Shown here in pieces: positions 46,532 through 56,110 of a stretch of DNA of 64,000 nucleotides. The stretch is from Candidatus Poseidoniaceae archaeon (GTDB lineage: Archaea > Thermoplasmatota > Poseidoniia > Poseidoniales > Poseidoniaceae), in contig JASLKC010000014.1 in assembly GCA_030747785.1 (NCBI GenBank), positions 35,873 through 99,872 of the forward strand. Direction: 5' to 3'. The position numbers and the translations under genes were made by a program. Under the pieces are notes generated by a model, which was not told the origin of the DNA, did not search any database, and saw nothing but the letters and a program-made list of their open reading frames with translations. The number at the start of each line of letters is the position of its first letter. Within the stretch, counting starts at the first letter, position 1.

Positions 46532-47314
46532 ATGCAGCCGGCCACAGTTTACAGCCGCGACCGATGTATTACAGGTATACATGGCATGGATGAGATTCTC
46601 AGGGGCGGAATACCTTACGGCTCTACAGTATTGTGCTCAGGAACATGTGGTTCTGGCAAAACAACATTTGGCATGGAGTTTCTAGTTAGAGGGGCTTTGT
46701 CAGGCGAAGCTTGTGCACATTTTACTGCAACCGAGCCTTCTGTCAAATTATTGGAAAATATTCGCCAGTATGCTTTCTTCGACATGAATATGATTGATAC
46801 TGGATTAATCAATGTGTTTGACATGGATGTATTGTATTCATGGTTAGGTCTTGAGAAATCAACCTTCGATCTTGCAGATGTACACGCACTGATCAAATCA
46901 ATTGTCGACATCGTCAATACAATTGGTGTTACTCGATTGGTAATCGATTCGGTTACCACTCTTTGTTACAAGATTAAGAGCGAGCAATTGATTCGGGACT
47001 TCTTGTTCACACTTGGAAAGAAACTCGCAACTCTTGGATGTACTACTATCCTGATTTCAGAGATTACTTCTGCCACAGAAAATGCACATTGGTCCTCCTT
47101 CGGTGTCGAAGAGGCAATCGCTGATGGCATCATCGTTATGGGCGATGTAGAGAGAATGGGCCATCTATTGAGATTCCTTCAAGTTGTAAAAATGCGAGGC
47201 ACAGGCCATAGTCGTGCTAAGCATGCAATCGAATTAACTCCTCTAGGAGTAATGCTTACCCCTATGCTCAAATGGGGCGCAATGAGTGATAAACAGAGCA
47301 GATGGGGGTCGTGA
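46532..47314 (+). CDS. KaiC/RecA-superfamily ATPase (single domain, intact Walker A)
   Basis: GIHGMDEILRGGIPYGSTVLCSGTCGSGKTTFGMEFL is the KaiC-domain N-terminal signature with an intact P-loop. Walker B-like RLVIDSVTTL. Confidence 0.8.
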   Translation: MQPATVYSRDRCITGIHGMDEILRGGIPYGSTVLCSGTCGSGKTTFGMEFLVRGALSGEACAHFTATEPSVKLLENIRQYAFFDMNMIDTGLINVFDMDVLYSWLGLEKSTFDLADVHALIKSIVDIVNTIGVTRLVIDSVTTLCYKIKSEQLIRDFLFTLGKKLATLGCTTILISEITSATENAHWSSFGVEEAIADGIIVMGDVERMGHLLRFLQVVKMRGTGHSRAKHAIELTPLGVMLTPMLKWGAMSDKQSRWGS

Positions 47315-47901
47315 TAATGTTTGAACTCGACCAAAGAATCGCCGAACAATTGACCGAGGTCAGTCTCAATTCAGCAGTTCAGGTTCGCTGTGGAAATTCC
47401 AATGCATTCATGGTAACAGCATCAACATTGATTCCGTTAATGCAGATGTTCGAAATGGGAGGTGTGTATATTTGCGCAACACGAGGAGCTGTGGAGATTA
47501 TCGATGGTTTCGAAGCAATAGGTGTTGATGTTTCTGAAATTCATTTCATTGATTTGGTAAGTTCAGGAATTCTGGGGGGTACTGATATTACCCATCCAAA
47601 TGTCACCTTTGTAGATAGCCCAATCATGCTCGAGAGTGTTCTTTTGAGGACCCTATACACTCTAAGAATAGCCCAATCGGAAAGAAATTTCGTCTTGATT
47701 GATTCTGTAAATGCTCTTGCTATTTACAATGAGGAGCGAATGTTAGCGGAGTATCTGCATACTTTCATCAATACATTCCGTCAACGCGAGGTATTGTCCA
47801 TCATTCTAAATGTACCAGATCAGGTTCCACCAATGGTTCTTGCAAATCTCGATTTGTATTGTACCGATTTAATTGACCGAGGACAGGTCGTCATACACTG
47901 A
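47302..47901 (+). CDS. KaiC-like RecA-fold paralog lacking a Walker A motif (predicted pseudo-ATPase)
   Basis: Alignment by eye to the KaiC domain: NSAVQVRCGNSNAFMVTASTLI replaces GSxxLIxGxPGSGKT, and VLIDSVNALAIY corresponds to the Walker B/DSL region. It overlaps the previous gene by 13 nt. Confidence 0.5.
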   Translation: MGVVIMFELDQRIAEQLTEVSLNSAVQVRCGNSNAFMVTASTLIPLMQMFEMGGVYICATRGAVEIIDGFEAIGVDVSEIHFIDLVSSGILGGTDITHPNVTFVDSPIMLESVLLRTLYTLRIAQSERNFVLIDSVNALAIYNEERMLAEYLHTFINTFRQREVLSIILNVPDQVPPMVLANLDLYCTDLIDRGQVVIH

Positions 47902-48715
47902 GGTGTTTCAAATGAATAAGCAAATCAAATTCGACCCAGAAGATGAGGCGTTCTTCGGCTCAGTAGGCAGCTTCGGTGTGCCCAAATTCGACAATGCAAT
48001 GAATGGTGGAGTTCCTCGCGGTTTCCTTGTTGTAGGTTTTACACAAGTGGGGGCTGGTTCTGAGTTATTTGCAAAGCAATTTACCTCTCCAGCAGAAGAA
48101 GCGGATAACACCATTCTAATATCTACTAACGAGAGCCAACTTGAGATTGCTCGTGTTTTCAAGAAGTATAACTGGCCAACAGATATTGCAGTACGTACCC
48201 TCGGTGAAGAGTATAATGCACGCGTTCTAGAAAAAGAACTGCTCGCAAGCCGATATCGGCTTGAAGGCTTCAAACTTCCAGATATTCAGAGACTTGCCCA
48301 GACTCGTTTCGTCGATGATGACACTCAGGATTTCCTGACGGAGATGACAAATGAAATCATGGCCATGGGTCCTTATTTCAGAGCGGTCATAGATTCTCTG
48401 GATTTCTTTATCCAGCGTGATGATCCATCGCGTGTAGTAGCAATGCTGAGAATGATGCAAGCACATACTCAAATCAATCGTGGCATCCTTTTTGTGACCA
48501 TTTCTACAGATACTATTAGTCCAGCAATTAAGCAAGAATTGGCAGCAATTGCCGACATGGTATGTGATTTCAAGGTCCGAACAATCGGTTCGGATTTCGA
48601 AACAAGTATGATAGTCAGCAAGTTCCGAAACGCGCCTGAGAATCTTTCGATTATGGTATTCAGAGTAACGCCAGAAGAAGGTATCACTCCAGAGACTGTC
48701 GAGCGTATCGCTTGA
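47873..48715 (+). CDS. KaiC-like RecA-fold paralog with a degenerate Walker A (VGAGSE)
   Basis: GVPKFDNAMNGGVPRGFLVVGFTQVGAGSELFAKQF parallels the KaiC N-terminal signature but has lost the GKT. RAVIDSLDFF is a Walker B-like region. It overlaps the previous gene by 29 nt. Confidence 0.55.
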   Translation: MTEDRSSYTEVFQMNKQIKFDPEDEAFFGSVGSFGVPKFDNAMNGGVPRGFLVVGFTQVGAGSELFAKQFTSPAEEADNTILISTNESQLEIARVFKKYNWPTDIAVRTLGEEYNARVLEKELLASRYRLEGFKLPDIQRLAQTRFVDDDTQDFLTEMTNEIMAMGPYFRAVIDSLDFFIQRDDPSRVVAMLRMMQAHTQINRGILFVTISTDTISPAIKQELAAIADMVCDFKVRTIGSDFETSMIVSKFRNAPENLSIMVFRVTPEEGITPETVERIA

Positions 48716-48732
48716 TGAGAGCAAAGAGTGAT

Positions 48733-48773
48733 TCGATTCACACATTGTGGAGTCCGATTCACAACATTGTGAA
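48733..48773. repeat. Tandem imperfect direct repeat (CGATTCACA-N-CATTGTGRAG, two copies), each containing the inverted repeat CACA/TGTG, between convergent genes
   Basis: Seen directly: cgattcacacattgtggag followed after 2 nt by cgattcacaacattgtgaag. Confidence 0.4.
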
Positions 48774-48781
48774 GTTGAGAA

Positions 48782-49543
48782 TCATTCTGGTTTGTTTGCT
48801 TTGAACCTGCTAGACATACCAGGGAATAGCAGCCTTGCTTTGACATCGGTGTACCCAACTTCTCGCATCATGGATTTGTAAAATCCGTGAGTTCCATAAT
48901 GAGTATAGGTGCGAGCTAACCATTTCCATGGATGATTGGGATCCTTTGTGACCCAGCGAGCAACTAATTGCACGAATGTTGCCATGTAAATACGTCCAAA
49001 GATTCCATGTAACCAGTTGGCCTTACCAGCATCACAGATTATCAATTGCCCTCCAGGTTTGAGAACTCGCAACATCTCACTGAGGCCCTGTTTTTTATCT
49101 CTGAAATCCCTAAAAGAGAACAAACAGAATACACGGTCGAATGTATTGTCTGGCAACGGGATATCTTCTGCTACCGCTTCAATATATGTTGCCTGACTTT
49201 CTCCTCTTGATGAGCGAGATTCATCAAGCCGTTTCTTGCAAACTTTGAGCATCTCAGCACTTGGGTCGAGGCAGGTTAATTCCATGCCGACAAGGTCTAC
49301 CGCAAATGAGCCCGGTCCACAGCCAACTTCGAGAATTTTCATCCCTTTGTCCGCATGATTTCGAACATGGCGGCGCATACCTTTGTCAAATCCAAGTGTC
49401 ATGATTCTATTGACTCGGTCGTAGACCGGAATGGTTGCTTCGAGTTGTTTTTCCAACTCTGTCCACGCCTCTTCATCGATGCCTGATGCATCGAATCCAC
49501 CGGTCGCAGAACGGTCGCTCATACCTCGTCGGCGTTGCCTCAT
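48782..49543 (-). CDS. class I SAM-dependent methyltransferase (UbiE/MenG-like)
   Basis: SAM-binding motif I ILEVGCGPGSFAVDL, motif post-I, and motif II (LKPGGQLIICD). Confidence 0.85.
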   Translation of the reverse strand: MRQRRRGMSDRSATGGFDASGIDEEAWTELEKQLEATIPVYDRVNRIMTLGFDKGMRRHVRNHADKGMKILEVGCGPGSFAVDLVGMELTCLDPSAEMLKVCKKRLDESRSSRGESQATYIEAVAEDIPLPDNTFDRVFCLFSFRDFRDKKQGLSEMLRVLKPGGQLIICDAGKANWLHGIFGRIYMATFVQLVARWVTKDPNHPWKWLARTYTHYGTHGFYKSMMREVGYTDVKARLLFPGMSSRFKANKPE

Positions 49544-49647
49544 TGATATGGAGATTTGCTTTGTAATGAATTGGACTGGCTTTTAACATCCCAAAAAAGT
49601 GACCACGAGGGTTATGAACCCCTTTCATTTCGGGCGGAATACTAAGA

Positions 49648-49974
49648 GTGGTTACCATGGGAATGGCAGATGTACTTCAAAGCATAAGAGATGCTGAATC
49701 AGCCGCAACTGAGAAAATTGAATCCTCTAAAGAAGAGGCTGCAAAAATTCTCGCGGACTCCCGCCGAAATTCGGCAGAAATAATTCAAAAAGCTCAAGAT
49801 GGAGCAGTTAGTTCGACCGGAAAGACCCTTGATAAGGCCCGTTCAAAGGCTGGAAAAAAGGCTGACGGAGTACAAACTGAGGGCACAAAAGAAGTTGAAG
49901 GAATACAAAAATCTGCTAGTGATCGTCGAGATACTGCTGTTAAGATTCTAATTGACTCACTGATGCCAAACTGA
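49648..49974 (+). CDS. atpH: A-type ATP synthase subunit H
   Basis: Small, charged, helical protein (ADVLQSIRDAESAATEKIESSKEEAAKIL) at the head of the A-ATPase operon. Confidence 0.65.
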   Translation: MVTMGMADVLQSIRDAESAATEKIESSKEEAAKILADSRRNSAEIIQKAQDGAVSSTGKTLDKARSKAGKKADGVQTEGTKEVEGIQKSASDRRDTAVKILIDSLMPN

Positions 49975-49975
49975 G

Positions 49976-52003
49976 GTGCTTTTGATGTTCAATGTCGTTG
50001 AGATGTCCCGCCTTGTAATGGCAGGTTCATCCAGTGACATCGATTCTGCTCTTCGCCTATGTGCGGATTTGGGCAATGTACACATCACCCCATACAGCGG
50101 TGATGAAGAAGGCATTACTCTCGGAACACCTCATCCTGACGCAGACGATGTATCTGCACTACTTGCGAAAGTTCGCGCAGCAACACAGGAACTCAAGTGC
50201 GCAAATCGAGATGGTCCAATTTCCATCTCTGCGGTAAAGAAAGCACTCGATGGAGACTTTGTGAGCAATCTTGACTCTATCCTTTCAGTAATTACCGAAG
50301 AGAGTGATGCAGAAGCTGAACTCGCTCGAATGGTTGAGAGAGTAGCAGTGCTTGAAATCATGTCACCACTTGGAATACCACTCGAATTAATGACAGGAAT
50401 CGATGCTCTTGAGGTATATGTTGGCGAGGTCGGTAAGACTTCTAAGATTGGCCAGGTCTTCTCCCAAGATGACCTAGTCGACAGAATAGAACTCCACTAT
50501 GCTGGTAATGTAGTTGCAGTTGCATGTGAAGGCAAAGAAGCAGCAGAAGTCCAAATGGCTCTTGGTGAATTAGGAGCTAAACCAATTCAGATTCCATCCG
50601 GTGAAGGCAAGCCAAGTGAATTACTTGGTGAAGCAAGAAAGAATATCACCAAATTGGAGAAGACCATTGCCTCATGTATCGAGTCTAAGGAAGACTGGGT
50701 TAACAGTAATGGACGCATGCTCATTGCAGTTCAGGAGCACCTTTCGAGAGAGAATGACATTCTAACTGGTCACACACTATGTGCAACTAGCGCACACGCA
50801 TATGCGCTAGAGGCATGGATTCCAACCTCCGCTTCGAAGGAAACATCTGCAGTTCTATCAAAGGCTTCCAGCCACCTTTCTATCACAGAGTTTGTCGAAG
50901 ACCACCATCACGATGATGGTCACCACACGGAATATCCCCCTGTGGAGTATGATACTCTAGAGGCAACTCGACATGCTTCGTTATTGACCAACTTGGTAGG
51001 ACGCCCAAAGTATGGAACCTTTGACCCTACGACAATGATGGCATTCACATTCCCACTATTTTACGGCCTTATCCTAGGTGATATTGGATATGGTCTAATC
51101 ATTATGATGATTTCACTTGCTCTCAAGAGCAAGTTCGGGCACATCCCCGCAGGAGCATTCGCTTCGAGGATTATGATGAACATGGGAATCGCAACACTGA
51201 TTTTCGGTGTGATTACCGCTGAGGCCTTTGGTTTCATTATAGATCACTGGGCCCCATTCGAGGGATTCTATCACTGGACCCACGGTGCATTCCATCTGCC
51301 TCATTTCTTTGCTGATACACTGAAGTTGAGCGATACCCACATTCCATTCCATCGTGTAGGAGATGGAATGGTTGACTACATGCTTCTAACTGTATATCTT
51401 GGTGCAGGACATCTCGTTATTGGATTCCTAATCGGATTCAAGAATGTGTTCAAAGCACACGGAATCGTTCCAGCATTCTTCGAGAAGGGTTCCTGGCTCT
51501 TCATCCTCTTCGGTGGATTTGGTCACATCTTCCGCTTCCTTACCGATGAGAGATACGAGTTATTCGCTTTGACAGGTTGGTCTATTTCTATTCTATTCGG
51601 ATTAGGATGCTTGATTATTGGTCTTGCAATATTTGAGAAATTCGGATGGGTTGGAGGCTTCATTATGGGGCCAATCGAATTATTTGGCCTCCTTGCAAAT
51701 ACACTTTCATACCTACGAATAATGGCAGTTGGTGTGGCTGGAGTCAAGATTGCTGAACTCGGCAACGAAATGGGTTTCCACAATATGTTACATTCATTCG
51801 AAGAGGGCCATTACATCACTATGGTACTAGGATTCGTTCTATGGATTTCTGTGCAGGTATTCGCACTTCTGCTTGGAATCCTTTCCCCTTCAATACACGC
51901 CGTCCGTCTCCACTTTGTGGAATGGATGAGCAAGTTCCACGACGGCTCTGGACTGGCATTCAGTCCATTTGGTGGCCGTGCCCTACACGTTGAGGGTTCA
52001 TAG
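49976..52003 (+). CDS. atpI: A-type ATP synthase subunit I (membrane a-subunit)
   Basis: N-terminal soluble domain (EMSRLVMAGSSSDIDSALRLCADLGNVHI), a C-terminal multi-TM domain with a conserved Arg-containing helix (LSYLRIMAVGVAG), ~675 aa. Confidence 0.9.
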   Translation: MLLMFNVVEMSRLVMAGSSSDIDSALRLCADLGNVHITPYSGDEEGITLGTPHPDADDVSALLAKVRAATQELKCANRDGPISISAVKKALDGDFVSNLDSILSVITEESDAEAELARMVERVAVLEIMSPLGIPLELMTGIDALEVYVGEVGKTSKIGQVFSQDDLVDRIELHYAGNVVAVACEGKEAAEVQMALGELGAKPIQIPSGEGKPSELLGEARKNITKLEKTIASCIESKEDWVNSNGRMLIAVQEHLSRENDILTGHTLCATSAHAYALEAWIPTSASKETSAVLSKASSHLSITEFVEDHHHDDGHHTEYPPVEYDTLEATRHASLLTNLVGRPKYGTFDPTTMMAFTFPLFYGLILGDIGYGLIIMMISLALKSKFGHIPAGAFASRIMMNMGIATLIFGVITAEAFGFIIDHWAPFEGFYHWTHGAFHLPHFFADTLKLSDTHIPFHRVGDGMVDYMLLTVYLGAGHLVIGFLIGFKNVFKAHGIVPAFFEKGSWLFILFGGFGHIFRFLTDERYELFALTGWSISILFGLGCLIIGLAIFEKFGWVGGFIMGPIELFGLLANTLSYLRIMAVGVAGVKIAELGNEMGFHNMLHSFEEGHYITMVLGFVLWISVQVFALLLGILSPSIHAVRLHFVEWMSKFHDGSGLAFSPFGGRALHVEGS

Positions 52004-52043
52004 ATCACAGTCCCCTATTATGGACAAAACTGGAGGAAAAAAA

Positions 52044-52349
52044 ATGAATGTAAAGAATGTAAGGATAAGCGCACGTATCTTACTCGTACTCATGGGTATG
52101 GTAGCAATCGTGCAGGCAGTCGCCGCAACAGGCGAAGACAATGCTAGTACCGTAGATGCAATGAAGGGCTTAGGAGCAGGTATTGCTCTTGGTCTTGCAG
52201 CAGTCGGTGCTGGTATATCCCAAGGTGGCATCGGTAGCGCAGCTGTCGGTATGCTTGCTGAGGATGACAGTAAGTTCGGTGTTGCACTGATCTTCACTGC
52301 ACTGCCTGAATCGCTAGTTATCCTGGGTATGATGCCCCTGTTCCTCTGA
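52044..52349 (+). CDS. atpK: A-type ATP synthase proteolipid subunit K (c-subunit)
   Basis: Hydrophobic hairpin with a Gly-rich helix (GAGIALGLAAVGAGISQGGIG) and the conserved acidic residue context (LPESLVILG). GGAGG lies 7 nt upstream of the chosen ATG. Confidence 0.85.
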   Translation: MNVKNVRISARILLVLMGMVAIVQAVAATGEDNASTVDAMKGLGAGIALGLAAVGAGISQGGIGSAAVGMLAEDDSKFGVALIFTALPESLVILGMMPLFL

Positions 52350-52396
52350 AGAGGAACTTTTCAAAGGACTAGTTCCTTTGAGATGTAGGTGATAAT

Positions 52397-52960
52397 ATGA
52401 CATTGGAAAGACTTGCTAAGGACATCATGGCGTCCGCTGATGCGGAAGCCAAGAAGATGATCAAGGCGGCCAAGAACGAAGCCAAAGGCATCGTCTCCGA
52501 GGCAGAAGCACGTGCAACTTCGATTACCGAAGATGCATCGGGCAAAGCCGGAAAGGAGGCAGACCAGATAGCTCGAGAAATGGTCGCGTCTGCACGCCAA
52601 GCCAACCAGAAGGAGATACTCGTCGCTCGTCGTATCGAGTTAGATGCCACATTGGCATCTGCACGAACGCTACTGGGTGACGCAAGCCTCGCAGGACGAG
52701 CGAGTTTGCTGAAACATCTAGTTAAGCAGGCTGGCGAAGTTTCGCAAGGTAAAATGGTACTACGTCCAACAAGCATCGACCGTGCCGCACTCGCAGATTC
52801 CGCTAAGGAATACGCGATTGGCGACGATGTAGATGGCCTAGGAGGATTCGTCCTCGAGGCCGAGGATGGTTCCATTTCCTTCGACATGCGCTTTGACACT
52901 CTGCTTGAATCCGCATGGATAGAGCAGCGTGCTGCAATTAACGAAACACTGTTTGCTTGA
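52397..52960 (+). CDS. atpE: A-type ATP synthase subunit E
   Basis: Charged helical N-terminus, size ~187 aa, and position between K and C. Confidence 0.75.
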   Translation: MTLERLAKDIMASADAEAKKMIKAAKNEAKGIVSEAEARATSITEDASGKAGKEADQIAREMVASARQANQKEILVARRIELDATLASARTLLGDASLAGRASLLKHLVKQAGEVSQGKMVLRPTSIDRAALADSAKEYAIGDDVDGLGGFVLEAEDGSISFDMRFDTLLESAWIEQRAAINETLFA

Positions 52961-52979
52961 AACCACGGGAGAAATCAAT

Positions 52980-54017
52980 ATGGCAATCCTCGGCTCAAAT
53001 CAGGCTTATGCAGCAACACGCGCCAAAACCCGACGTTCGGGTCTATTGGACCGTACACGCTTGCGTCAGCTAATACAACAGTCTCCTGACCAATTAACCG
53101 TCGCAGTGGCGGATAGTGGATACAGGACTGAGATTGATTTGTACGCGGGGAAATTCTCTGGAGGAGATCTTGTCGAGGCTGCTCTGTCACACAATTTACA
53201 GAGCGAATTGTCGAACATCATTGGATTATGCAGTGGACGAATGAAGGACCTCGTTGAGATTTATGCTGGACGATTCCGCTACCACAATGCAAAGGTAGTA
53301 CTTCGTGCTGTTCTAAATGATGTTTCGAGCAAGAAGGTTGCTCATTCAATACTCCCGGAGGAGAGTGAGATTAACGCTCCATGGATTCGTATGATAGAGG
53401 AAGCAAAAACTCTCAGAGAAGCAGTTGAACAAATGCGCCGCCTTCCATTCGGAAAGGCACTGATGGCACTACCAGATGATAGTGGGCTCCAAGCCTATGA
53501 AGACACACTGGACCGTCATTACTTCAAGCATTCACTCGATGCACTTCGCGGTGGAGCAGATGCTCGAACCCTACGCAATATTTTGACCGGCGAAATCGAT
53601 CACCGAAATATTATCAACATACTCGAAGGACATGCATTTGGCCTGTCTACCGAGGAAATTTCCCAGGCGCTCATCCCTGATGGCCGCCTTATCACAGCGA
53701 GGAATTCAACCCAGGCTATTAGCAGCAGGGAAGGACTTCTCGATGTGTTGCGCCAGTCGAACAAGTTCGACTTAGATGGATTCATTCAGACTCTCTCAGC
53801 CTCAGATGAGGCTAGAACGCTGGACCCCGCCATTACCTGGTTGCGTGACCGAGAACACGCACAGATGAAGCGCTTGAGTTACCTCCATCCGGTCTCCGCA
53901 CTACCTGTAATCCACTATGTGGCTTGCAAAGTGCAAGAGGTCGAAGATTTGCGACTAATCGTGCGCGGCCGTATGGCTGGTCTGCCCGTAGAGGTCTTGG
54001 AGGCTCACGTTCTTTGA
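52980..54017 (+). CDS. atpC: A-type ATP synthase subunit C (V-type d homolog)
   Basis: ~345 aa all-helical protein at the position between E and F. The start is chosen at the Met after the atpE stop. Confidence 0.8.
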   Translation: MAILGSNQAYAATRAKTRRSGLLDRTRLRQLIQQSPDQLTVAVADSGYRTEIDLYAGKFSGGDLVEAALSHNLQSELSNIIGLCSGRMKDLVEIYAGRFRYHNAKVVLRAVLNDVSSKKVAHSILPEESEINAPWIRMIEEAKTLREAVEQMRRLPFGKALMALPDDSGLQAYEDTLDRHYFKHSLDALRGGADARTLRNILTGEIDHRNIINILEGHAFGLSTEEISQALIPDGRLITARNSTQAISSREGLLDVLRQSNKFDLDGFIQTLSASDEARTLDPAITWLRDREHAQMKRLSYLHPVSALPVIHYVACKVQEVEDLRLIVRGRMAGLPVEVLEAHVL

Positions 54018-54028
54018 GGTGATTATGA

Positions 54029-54328
54029 ATGGATATAGCAGTCGTAGGCAGTCCCGAGTTCACACTCGGATTCCAGCTCGCTGGCATCAGCACACTGTAC
54101 AATCCTGAAGGAGAGGAGGAAACCTCCCAGACCTTCAGAAACCTACTCAATACAAAGGGTGTGGGAATCGTGGTAGTCGACTCCGCGATTCTGTCCACCC
54201 TGCCCGACCGCCTCAAGGAGAGGCTGTCGCAAAGTGTTACCCCAACAGTTCTAGGAATTGGAACCGAGGAGGACACGACCCTTCGCGAAACTATACGCAA
54301 GGCAATAGGAGTCGATTTGTGGAAGTGA
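54029..54328 (+). CDS. atpF: A-type ATP synthase subunit F
   Basis: ~99 aa, [20 protein letters not shown] is the typical AtpF start. Confidence 0.8.
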   Translation: MDIAVVGSPEFTLGFQLAGISTLYNPEGEEETSQTFRNLLNTKGVGIVVVDSAILSTLPDRLKERLSQSVTPTVLGIGTEEDTTLRETIRKAIGVDLWK

Positions 54329-54357
54329 TTCCAACCAAATCCAAGGAGGAAGAGGAA

Positions 54358-56097
54358 ATGAATAATGAAGGAGTAATATACCGAATTTCAGGACCTGTGG
54401 TAACTGCTACAGGAATGCAAGCGGGAATGTATGATGTGGTACGTGTCGGTCACGAAGGTCTCATGGGAGAGGTCATCGAACTGCACGGCGATAAAGCGGT
54501 TATTCAGGTGTATGAGGACACAAGCGGCATCCGCCCAGGCGAGCCGGTTCTAAACACCCGTGAGACCTTGTCTGTGGCTTTAGGCCCTGGACTACTGACC
54601 CAAATCTATGATGGTATCCAGCGTCCGTTGGCTACCCTCGAAGAAGTAATGGGTGTCTTCATCACACGTGGTGTAGACGCTGACGGATTCGACATGGAGA
54701 GAAAGTGGACTTTCGAAGCCGTAGCTTCAGCAGGCGATGAAGTCGTCAGTGGACAGGTTATCGGTAACGTACAGGAAACAGAGACTATCGTTCACAAGAT
54801 TATGGTGCCTCCCGGCAAGGGTGGCACTGTCAAGTCCATCTCTTCTGGAGACTACAATGTCACAGAAGATGTATGTACTCTTGAAGATGGTACTACAATG
54901 CAGATGATGCAGAAGTGGCCAGTTCGAACCCCACGTCCTTACCAGCAGAAGTACGCACCAGATACCCCACTAATCACCGGAATGCGCATCCTCGACTTCC
55001 TCTTCCCATTGGCGAAGGGTGGAGCAGCCGGTATCCCAGGACCTTTCGGTTCTGGAAAGACCGTTACCCAGCAATCTCTTGCAAAGTATTCCGACGCACA
55101 GATTGTTGTTTACATCGGATGCGGTGAGCGTGGAAACGAGATGACAGAAGTTCTCGACGAGTTCCCTCACCTAATCGATCCAAACACCGGAAAGCCATTG
55201 ATGAACAGAACTGTGATGATTGCAAATACTTCTAACATGCCTGTCGCAGCACGTGAAGCATCAGTATACACCGGTATTACCATCGCCGAATACTTCCGTG
55301 ACATGGGCTACGATGTAGCACTCATGGCGGACTCTACAAGCCGTTGGGCTGAGGCAATGCGTGAGATTTCGTCTCGATTAGAAGAGATGCCCGGTGAGGA
55401 AGGATACCCTGCGTACCTTTCCAGCCGAATTGCAGAATTCTACGAGCGTGCTGGACGTGTACAGACACTCAATGGCGATGACGGTTCAGTTACTGTCATC
55501 GGTGCTGTTTCTCCACCTGGTGGAGACGTATCCGAGCCAGTCAGCCAAGGTACCCTGCGCATCGTTAAGGTGTTCTGGGGACTCGATGCAGGTCTTGCTC
55601 GACAGCGTCACTTCCCTGCTATCAACTGGCTGGGTTCTTACAGCCTATACCCACCATCTCTCGACCAGTGGTTCCGTGACAATATCAGTCAGGATTACCC
55701 TGAGATTAGAACTGCAATCAGTGGTTTGCTTCAAATCGAGGCAGAACTTCAGGAAATTGTGCAGCTCGTCGGTTCTGACGCTCTGCCTGTTGACCAACAG
55801 TTGACCCTTGAAGTTGCACGAATGATTCGTGAGTACTTCCTACAGCAGAATGGTTTCCACGATGTTGATGCATTCTGTAGTGTTGAATTACACTACAAGA
55901 TGGCTAAGGCAATCCTAACCTTCCAAGAGTCGGCAAAGAACGCAATGGCAGCTGGAGCAGACCTCCAAGATGTCGTCAACGTTCCAAGCCGTACAGACCT
56001 AATGCGTGGTAGATTTGAAGCTACATACGGTGATGACATCGATGCATTGGTTGAAAAGATGAACGAAGAGATCGCTGCGGCGGTCGAGGAGAACTGA
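54358..56097 (+). CDS. atpA: A-type ATP synthase catalytic subunit A
   Basis: Walker [10 protein letters not shown], the non-homologous insert region typical of A subunits, and C-terminal helices. GGAGG precedes the chosen ATG; the ORF track start at 54319 is also possible. Confidence 0.95.
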   Translation: MNNEGVIYRISGPVVTATGMQAGMYDVVRVGHEGLMGEVIELHGDKAVIQVYEDTSGIRPGEPVLNTRETLSVALGPGLLTQIYDGIQRPLATLEEVMGVFITRGVDADGFDMERKWTFEAVASAGDEVVSGQVIGNVQETETIVHKIMVPPGKGGTVKSISSGDYNVTEDVCTLEDGTTMQMMQKWPVRTPRPYQQKYAPDTPLITGMRILDFLFPLAKGGAAGIPGPFGSGKTVTQQSLAKYSDAQIVVYIGCGERGNEMTEVLDEFPHLIDPNTGKPLMNRTVMIANTSNMPVAAREASVYTGITIAEYFRDMGYDVALMADSTSRWAEAMREISSRLEEMPGEEGYPAYLSSRIAEFYERAGRVQTLNGDDGSVTVIGAVSPPGGDVSEPVSQGTLRIVKVFWGLDAGLARQRHFPAINWLGSYSLYPPSLDQWFRDNISQDYPEIRTAISGLLQIEAELQEIVQLVGSDALPVDQQLTLEVARMIREYFLQQNGFHDVDAFCSVELHYKMAKAILTFQESAKNAMAAGADLQDVVNVPSRTDLMRGRFEATYGDDIDALVEKMNEEIAAAVEEN

Positions 56098-56110
56098 AGG
56101 AGGAATTGAA

